DNA of 64,000 nt, taken from positions 6,857 through 70,856 of the IMG/VR virus record IMGVR_UViG_2873180057_000001, one strand, 5' to 3'. The position numbers were made by a program, and so were the translations under genes. Positions 56,276 to 64,000 of this stretch are shown here, one piece after another. The stretch's first letter is position 1. Every line of letters begins with the position of its first letter. The notes under the pieces were generated by a model. It searched no databases and was not told the origin of the DNA. It saw only the letters and a list, made by a program, of their open reading frames with translations. The DNA comes from a virus (taxonomy: Duplodnaviria > Caudoviricetes).

Positions 56276-56440
56276 GTGGTCTCCAATTGGGTGTGACGGG
56301 GTGACCGCCGCCCCACGAACGGGGGGGTGGGGCGGCGGTCGTGCGGGCGGAGCTGGAGGGGTGCTCGACGCCCGCGCCTATGGGGGATGTGGCTGGTGGC
56401 CGGGCTCGCCGGCCGCGGGTCATCCGGCGGGCCCGGCGGT

Positions 56441-59400
56441 CTATGCGGCGCCCACGTCGGCCTGCTTGGTGCTGGCCGGGGCGACGTAGAACTCGGCGGC
56501 ATCGAAGAGGCCGTCGCCCTGCGGCGCGAGCTTCTTCTCTGCGGCCTTGATCTTGCGGCGGACCGCGTCATAGCAGGGCGGGCACATCGCCGCCAGGCGC
56601 CGAGCCGGCAGCTGGGCGGCCGTCACGAAGCTGCTTTCGTTGACCGGGTCGCGCGGCATCGCGATGAGGACGATCTCGCCGCGCTTGCTGACGTGCTTGC
56701 CGTTCTCCAGCGGGCACCGGTGCTGCGCACCGCGCCGGTTCGGGTCATGCTTGCTGCCGCACGCTCCCCGGCACTCGCAGCGGTGACCGGCGTTCCTCAT
56801 CACCGCCGTCCACAGAGCGGCGCCGACTATCGGCGGGCGGACGGTCATGACGCCGCCCCCTCGGCCGTGTCACGTGCGGCGCCCCAGCTGGTCTGCCCGG
56901 GGTTGAGGACCGGTCCGATGCCGGGCATGTGCCACAGCGGACGGCCGGGGCCAGCCTGGCTGGCCGGAGCGCTGGTGTCCCGGAGTAGCGGAATGGGCGT
57001 CTCGACCGTGGCCTCGCCCGACGCTTCGACGCGACGCTCGAGCTCGGCGATGCGGGCGGCCCGGGAGTCCAGGGCTTCCCGTTGCGTGGCGATCAGCCCT
57101 TCGGCGAGTTCGGCGCGGGCGAGGAGTGTCCGGTTCAGTTCGCCGACCGTCCGCAGGTGGCTGCGGTACCAGGCGATACGCCCTTCGAGAAGCCGGTTCT
57201 CCTGCCGTAGCCGGGTGTTGTCGGGTCCGGCGCGGCGCTTGCCCTTGGCGAACATCACGTCTCCTTTCCGCTGCTGGGGTCGATGCGGTCGAGGTCGGTG
57301 CCGCGGGCTGCCGCGAGAGCGATGCGGAGGTCGTCGCGGCTGGTGCGGGCGTCCGCGGCCTGGACGGGGTCCTGGATGAACAGGCCCGGGGCGAACGCCA
57401 GGCGAAGGTGCGCGAGTTCGGCGAGGGTCACGACGCCCCCTTCCTCGCGTGGCGCCGGATCGCAATGCGCTCACCGATCAGGAGGAGGAACACCGTCCCA
57501 GCGGCGAGGACCGGACCGATGTAGATCACGGCGTGTCCCCCTCATGCCGACCCAGCTGCAGGCGGCTGAAGAGGGACCGCTCGAAGCCTTCGTCGAGCGC
57601 CCGGCTGATGCCGAGGAGCGTGCCTTGCAGGCCGAGGGCCTGCCGCAGATCCGCAGTGCGCTGCCGTTCGGCGGTGAGGTCGTCCATCAGCCCGGCCACG
57701 ACCCGCTCCAACTCGTCGATCTTCCGCAGCAGGTGCTCGTCGCTCATGACGTGGCCTCCTGTGTGCTGGTGCGGAGGGTGTAGTCGGTGAGGGATTCGAT
57801 GTATCCGGCGTCTGCGGTCTCCCGGAATGCGCGGGAGGCCTGCCCCCAGGTGGTGAGACGGTTGGTGTCTGCGTGCCACGTCTGCGGGGTGTTCCAGTCC
57901 GCTCGCGGGAACGCGCCCTGCATGAGGGCCGCGAGGTGGCGGCTCCCGCCGACCGGCAGTTTCAGTGCTGTCCCGTCGGCGGTGCGGGCGGTGACGACGT
58001 ACACGCGCTCCATCGGCCCGTGCGTATCGGTCCATACCGGCGTGAGGAGGACGGTGACGGCGCCGGGTGCGATGCGGCGGATGCGGTAGGCGAGCTGGGT
58101 GCGGTGCCGTCGCCGCCGGGACGCGGAGCACCTCTTGGGGCGCACCGGGTGGGTTTCGCGGTCCATGGTGCGGCGGGCCCGCAGGATCTCCAGGAACTCG
58201 CCGCGCACCCCCCTCGACCAGTTGTTGAGGTTCGGCCCGTAGACGGTCACGTAGGCACAGTCGAGGGTGATCAGATCTGCCTCGATGGCGTTCGCGGCGC
58301 CGAGGTCGATGTCGGTCGTCATCACGCCACCTGCTTCACGGGAGTGGTGAGGGACTGGCGCCGCACCCATGCGGCGAGGCGGGCGACCTGCTCGGCGAGG
58401 TCGTCGAGGGTGTCGGCGGGGCTGTCGGTGACGCAGATCGCGACCGCGCCCACGCCCTCGCCGATGATCAGGCGGGCGGTAGGGGTGCCGTCGTAGAGGG
58501 TGGGCCCGTACTCGACGCGTACCGGGCCGTCAGCCAGCTCGACGGTCACACCGCCGATGATGCGCGCGGTCATGACGCCACCTCCCCCGCGTGCTTGCAG
58601 GGCCAGCGGTTGCCGCACGCACACCAGTGGCATCCGTCCACCGGGTCCGGCACCTTGTCGTAGTGCTGCGAGAAGGGGGCCTGCCCGGTCTCGATGACGT
58701 CGGTCCATACGCGGACCTGGTACTGGCGCTCGCTGAACGCGGCGTGCCGCCAGACGCCGTTCTTACCGAACCAGCCCCAGGCGGAGATCCGCCCGCTGGT
58801 GGGGTGCATGGTCAGGTACTCGCAGGCGAATCGATACTCGCCATGCGCGTAGGTACGTCCGGCCTCGAAGAACCCGGGGGCGGGCAGCTTCCGCAGGTTG
58901 TCCGGACGCACCGCCCCGCGCGCCACCTTCGACGCGAGGAGCGCCGCCGCGTCCGCATGCTGCGACTGTCCGCTGGCTCGGAACTCGCGGGCCTTCTTCG
59001 TCAGCCAGGCGACGACCTCCGCCTTGGGCAAGAGGCCGGCCTCGGAGAGGACCTCGTCCCGGCAGGCGTCGAGGTCGGTGCGCAGGTCTTCGCTGCTCGG
59101 GCGGTAGATGTTCGTGAGCTTGTCGCGAGCGTTCACTTCGTCACCTCGGATCCCTCGGCGGCCTGGTCGGCGCGCTTCTCCAAGGCTTCGGACGCGTCGT
59201 CCAAGGCGGCCAAGTAGCCGTCGCGGTACGCCTGCGGGCGCTCGCCGTCTTCGTCCGACGCGGGAACGTCCATCTCCTCGACAGCCTTCGCAGCCTCGGA
59301 GAAGACGCTGGAGCGGAAGGCGCGCGGCTGGGCGAACGGGTCGTCCGCGTGCGGCATCGCCTGGTGGTAGAGCCACTGGGCGCCCAGGGCGTCAGCGCCG

Positions 59401-61533
59401 GGATCGTCCGAGTCGAAGATGAACGACGACAGCGATCGGCCAGCAGCCGCCAGGGCGTTGTCCAGCTCGGCCACGCGGCACCAGGGACAGCCGCGGTCGT
59501 CGTCCGGGGCGCGAAGCCACGTCGGGTGCTCAGGGTTGCTGCAGGATGCGGAGACGCGGCCGTCGGGGTCACCGAGTTCGAGGGCGCGGTACGCGGCCAG
59601 CTCGGCGGCCTGCTTCTGCTGCGCCGTCTCGGCCTGGTGCAGCGGGGTGAAGACCTGCGTGCCGTACTTGATGGCGGTGGCGCACGGCCACCCGACGACC
59701 ACGCCTTCCTCCCAGCACACGGCGCACAGCCAGGAGTTCGGCACACCGCAGTCGTCGAACACCGGGACGTGGAAGCGGGCGGGAAGCTGCTCGTTCTCTT
59801 CCAGGGAGAACCCGGCGAGGATCTCGTAATCGGGGTGGTCGGGAGCCGGCAGCAGGGTGGCGCGCTGGGCGCACTCCGCGTGCTTCACCGGCTGGCCGGC
59901 CTTGGCGTTGCTACGGCAGGTGCCACACGCGGACGGGTCAGCGCTCGTGCTCATCGCGACGAGGAACTGGGCTCGCTGCTCGACCCAGAACGGATCCATG
60001 TCCGTGTCGCGCGGGGAAGCGATTTCCGGGTAGTCGCTCATGTCGCCCTCCCGGGCTGCTTGGTGAGGTCCACGCGCAGCGGCGGGACGGTGGAGTCGGG
60101 GTCTGCGTCGTGCAGCAGATGCCGGTACTCGGCGAGGACACCCTCAGGGGCGGGCTGCGCGAACCGGTCGGGGTGGCCCAGGACGTCGCGGAGCTTCTGC
60201 GCGGACTCCTCGACCTTGCGGCGGGCCGCCAGCCGCTGCGCCTCCGCCGCCACCTCGGCAGCAGGCCGGTCCCACTCCCCCGCAGGGCGTGGCGGGACAC
60301 CGATCGTCGTCATCACCAGCACCTGCCGATCTCACGGATCGATCCGGTGCGTTCACGGACCGAGTCGGTGGTCTCGTCACCGTCGAGGGCGCCAGCGAGA
60401 CGGCCGATGTAGCAGACGCCGTTCTCGTGGCTGAGGGACAGCCACGCCTCACCCGTGCCGTCGATGTAGATGCGGCGGCGACGGTCGTTCGAATCTTCGG
60501 CCCGCACCCCGTCTGCGGCCTCACGGACGACAGCCACCCACTCGGGTACGGGCGGCGGGTTCTCCCAGCGCAGCGACGGCTCCTCCGCCGCATCACACAC
60601 CTCGTGCACGGCCTCGACACAACGGCTGAGGAAGGCGATCCCCTCGGCGATAGTCGGCTCGCTGCCGACGTACTTCGCCAGCTCGACGCGGACCTGCTCC
60701 AGTTCCGCCGTCAGCCCGCCGATCTCGTGGTCGCGCTCGGCGACCTGGTCGCAGGCCTCCCGCAACGTCGCGCGCGCCTCGTCGCGTTCGGCGCGGACCG
60801 CAGCCAACTCGGCCAGGAGCGCGGACACGTCGTCGCGGGCGTGGGCAACGAACTTCGCATCGGCCTCGACCTGCGCCCAGTCCTCCTCGGCTGTCCACTC
60901 GTCGTGAGCCGGGTCGTTGTCGAGGGGCTCCTCGTCGAGGCGGGCGATGCCGCGACGGGCCTTGTAGCCGTGGCCGGTCTCCTCCAGATCGGCAGCGATC
61001 TCGATGAGGCTTCCCCCGCCGAATTCGTACACGCCCCACGGGCCGGGTGTTGCGGCCTCGGCGCGCTCACAGATCTCGGCTTCGCGCTGCGGCGACAGGC
61101 GGTCAGGCATCGTCGCCACCACCCTCAGAGTCGTCGGAGGGGATGTGCGAGCCGCCATCACGCCAGGCATACGCGGCAAGCGCACCGACCGTGTACGGCT
61201 GACGCACAATGTCCATGACCGCGTCATCCCAGAAGCCAAGGAAGGACTCCTCGACGTCAGCGATCAGTTCCGGGGTCAAAGCGCTCATGACACACCCCCG
61301 AACTGCACGATCAAGCCCGGGTTGTATGCGGCCAGCACCTTGTTCGCGCGGGCCAGCGACTGCAGGTTGTAGGCCACCGCGTCGCGGTACCGCGGGCCGA
61401 TGCAGAGCGTCAGGCTGGCAGCCGCTTCAGTCGCCGCCTTCTCCGCCTCAAGTACCCGCTCCGGGATCTGCTTGCCGATTCGCTCAGCCACCCGGTCCGG
61501 CATCGGCACGTCAGGGAAAGTCATCGAGATCAC
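56441..61533 (-). CDS. cluster of early hypothetical phage genes (e.g. 56441-56848, 56845-57255, 57744-58322, 58322-58573, 58570-59136, 59133-60041, 60038-60313, 60313-61110, 61103-61288, 61285-61533)
   Basis: Continuous chain of overlapping ORFs with SD sequences; functions not recognisable; some starts approximate. Confidence 0.55.
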
Positions 61534-62330
61534 GACGCACCGCCCTGGGCCGGCGCCGCCGGGATCTGCACCGCGGCCGTACCGCCGAGCCGCTTGTGCA
61601 GTTCATGCAGGCCCTTCGTAGTCACCCGCAACTGCGGGGCGCCGAGCGTCAGCTCGCCGGTCCGAGGGTGTGAGTACGACTGCGGCAGCTCCGACAGCCA
61701 GCGGCGCTCGACCGCGTACTGCTTTGCCCGGTACCGGTGGTCGGCGTTCTGGACGTAGGCCCAGTCCAGCTCGTGGAGGATCCCGAACAGCCGGTTCCTG
61801 CCCGTCTCGATCGACGGGTCGCGGGACAGGATCTTCGCCGCATCCGCGACCGAGAAGTCACCCTCGGCGGACGCCAGCGTCTGCCACGAGTTGGCGGCCG
61901 GCTCCAGCTCCTTCACCCTGGCCTCGGCTGCGAGACGCCCCTGCTCCGACTCGATCGCCGCCTGGAGGGCCTCCAGCTTCGTCATCTCGACCGGCTGCAC
62001 CGAGTACGAGCCGGTCGTGCGAAGGGAGGGGATAACCTCTTCGGCGAGCCAGTCCTGGAAGCGCTCGGCGGCCGGGAGGTTGCTCCGCATGATCAGGCGA
62101 TACACGCCCGACTCGCGGACCAGGGTCTTGTTGGGGTTGCCGGGGGTTCCGTCGGAAATAACGACGGAACTCCTCATACGCTCCGGCAGGCGTCCGACGG
62201 CATCGCGACCGTTGGCGAGACCCAGGACGTCAGTCACGTCCTTGGCGACGAACCAGGGCTCGCCGTCGATCATCACGGACCGCACGTGTTGCGCGGTCTC
62301 CGGGAAGGTGAAGACGAGAGGCGTCGTCAT
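61530..62330 (-). CDS. BRO-N plus KilAC antirepressor
   Basis: VRSVMIDGEPWFVAKDV, ESGVYRLIMRS, EVIPSLR.TGSY; GDFSVADAAKIL, VTTKGL. Confidence 0.92.
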   Translation of the reverse strand: MTTPLVFTFPETAQHVRSVMIDGEPWFVAKDVTDVLGLANGRDAVGRLPERMRSSVVISDGTPGNPNKTLVRESGVYRLIMRSNLPAAERFQDWLAEEVIPSLRTTGSYSVQPVEMTKLEALQAAIESEQGRLAAEARVKELEPAANSWQTLASAEGDFSVADAAKILSRDPSIETGRNRLFGILHELDWAYVQNADHRYRAKQYAVERRWLSELPQSYSHPRTGELTLGAPQLRVTTKGLHELHKRLGGTAAVQIPAAPAQGGAS

Positions 62331-62641
62331 GCCGCACCGCCCTCGATGGTGTCGGCCTTGCGGCGCAGCAGCAGATCTGCACGCTTCATACCGACCGCGT
62401 ACTGGCCGGACGCGTCACCGCCCTGCCGTTCCAGGTCCGCCAGCAGGCCTTCGCCCGCCTCGCGGAGCGTCTTGACGCGGGCGTCGTCCGAGGTGTACTC
62501 GACGATCGCCGTGAGCAGGTCGTACATGCGGTTCCGGGACTCCGCCGGGACCATGTCGCGCAACTCGTTCAGCGCTTCCATGTAGTCGCGCATCGTCTTC
62601 AGCTTCGGGACGTTCGGGTCCCGGCCTGCGGATGAGACCAT
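62327..62641 (-). CDS. hypothetical protein
   Basis: GAGGT SD; ATGA-coupled to antirepressor. Confidence 0.6.
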   Translation of the reverse strand: MVSSAGRDPNVPKLKTMRDYMEALNELRDMVPAESRNRMYDLLTAIVEYTSDDARVKTLREAGEGLLADLERQGGDASGQYAVGMKRADLLLRRKADTIEGGAA

Positions 62642-62754
62642 GATGTTGGTCCACCTCTCTTGTCATGGATGGTGTGGGTGGATCTCGCGGCTCACGGGCC
62701 GCGGTGGCCCCGGCTGCCGGGCTTAGGCCCCCGGCGGTTGGGGCCGCATCGCCG

Positions 62755-63075
62755 TCAAGCGGCGGACTCACTGCGGCGCGGTATGCGCGGCTCGGGCGGC
62801 CTGCTGTCGTGCCCGGCGTCCGGGGCGGGCTTGTCCTGCTCTTCGAGCCAGGCGTCGATCTCGTCGATGGGGTAGGCGAGCTTGCGGCCTCGAACGACTG
62901 CCTTGGGCCCCTTGTCGAGGGACCGGTAGTTCCAGAGCGTCTTGACGGTGACGCCCATGCGGTGGGCGGCTTCGGGGGTCCAGACGTGGCCGGGCGGGGG
63001 CGGTGTGGGGACCTTGGCGGGCCTGGGCAACGGTGACTCCTTCCTGTTCCGAGGGTCTTCTTGTCGGGCTGTCAT
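62755..63075 (-). CDS. AlpA/excisionase-like HTH protein
   Basis: WTPEAAHRMGVTVKTLWNYR....GP......K.AY....IDAWL. Confidence 0.8.
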   Translation of the reverse strand: MTARQEDPRNRKESPLPRPAKVPTPPPPGHVWTPEAAHRMGVTVKTLWNYRSLDKGPKAVVRGRKLAYPIDEIDAWLEEQDKPAPDAGHDSRPPEPRIPRRSESAA

Positions 63076-63317
63076 GATTCTGGTGACACTGGAGGCACGA
63101 AAAGCACCAGCACGGCGACACCAAGTGCCTCCGAAACGCGGTGGGCTTCCATGACATCCAGATCGGCGAGGTCGCCGCTGACGAGGCGACCGATCTGTGA
63201 GCGCGTGACTCTGCTTGCTTCAGCGAGGGAGCGGACTGTGTGAGGTACGCCCCGACCTGGGGTTTTCATGACCTTCTTGAGGAGTTCGAGGTCCCTCAGG
63301 GCGTAGCGCACTCTCAA
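63072..63317 (-). CDS. Cro-like XRE HTH regulator
   Basis: TVRSLAEASRVTRSQIGRLVSG....A.....ALGV....LF; divergent from repressor. Confidence 0.75.
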   Translation of the reverse strand: MRVRYALRDLELLKKVMKTPGRGVPHTVRSLAEASRVTRSQIGRLVSGDLADLDVMEAHRVSEALGVAVLVLFVPPVSPES

Positions 63318-63565
63318 TGATTCCCCCCAAGTTCAGAGGTGCCTTTCAATGCCCTTGAGTTAAGCGCCCCCATGTCACGGTGTCAATAGATTCATGACAA
63401 CAGGGGGGCGAGTATCGGCAAAGTTCGTGGCTAGATAGCATTGATCTATAGACGATCTGTCCCAGATCCGTGATGGTTGTAGGGACTGACCTGCTAGTTT
63501 TCCCACGCACGCATCCCCGGATAGAGACAGTCGGTGTGAAAGTGCCACGAGAGGAAGACGAGGAC
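63318..63565. promoter_or_regulatory. divergent immunity switch region
   Basis: Lower-GC gap between divergent regulators; TTGACA on minus strand (63386-63381) inside inverted repeat TGTCA-N9-TGACA. Confidence 0.55.
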
Positions 63566-64000
63566 ATGACGGCTGCTGCCACGGCCCGCGAATCCGGCGC
63601 AGCCGACCCCTCCCCCGCCCGCGCCCTCTCCCGGCTCATCCAAGAGGTCAACCAGTCCGGCACCACCTTCCAGGAGATGGAAGACCGCGGCCTCGACAAC
63701 GAGACCGGCACCAGGCTGCCGCGGCAGTGGTACCAGAAGCTGACGAAGAGCCCGCCCGTCAATCCCCCGTCACCAGCCCAGATGCGCGCCATCGCAGCGG
63801 CTACCGGCAAGTCGCTGCGGCTCATCAAGGAAGCCGTGGCGGAGCAGTGGCTGGAGTACGAGGCCACCGAGCTGGCCGGCTACGACGAGGAGGTTCGGAT
63901 CATCGTCGGACACCTCGCGGGCAAGTCGAAGGCCGAGGCGCGGCGCTGGCGCATGATGATCGAAGCCGACGAACGGGCCCGCCGCGAGACCGACAGCTAG
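63566..64000 (+). CDS. putative immunity repressor (CI-like)
   Basis: GAGGA SD before MTAAATA; divergent from Cro-like gene; P.P....AIAAATG.....I..A.A.QW pattern. Confidence 0.65.
   Translation: MTAAATARESGAADPSPARALSRLIQEVNQSGTTFQEMEDRGLDNETGTRLPRQWYQKLTKSPPVNPPSPAQMRAIAAATGKSLRLIKEAVAEQWLEYEATELAGYDEEVRIIVGHLAGKSKAEARRWRMMIEADERARRETDS

Noticed and set aside
63318-64000. Integrase/attachment site
   Set aside because: Not present in the window; cannot be annotated.

Overview
High-GC actinobacterial (Streptomyces-type) temperate siphovirus or prophage filling the whole window, mostly on the minus strand. From right to left: a CI-like/Cro-like switch (63.0-64.0 kb); early genes with a BRO-KilAC antirepressor, YqaJ/RecT recombination and a lambda-like initiator/DnaC/DnaB replication module with an internal origin-like region (48.9-62.6 kb); many small accessory ORFs and a putative toxin-antitoxin pair (40-48.9 kb); a plus-strand block of HTH, HTH-Nudix, Nudix, EndoVII and a second antirepressor (36.9-40.3 kb); a self-contained leftward operon with a TraB-like FtsK translocase, a phased 8-bp repeat array (clt-like) directly behind it and Spd-like membrane proteins (28.0-36.9 kb); terminase, portal, head, neck and tail genes (6.8-26.7 kb); an oppositely oriented sugar epimerase plus two glycosyltransferases (3.5-6.8 kb); and a lysis cassette containing an RNase AS-like exonuclease. 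No integrase is visible (possibly beyond the right edge). The most notable observation is an apparently complete virion-forming phage carrying a plasmid/AICE-type TraB-clt-Spd-Nudix conjugation module. All product calls come from motif recognition and synteny; no database searches were run.
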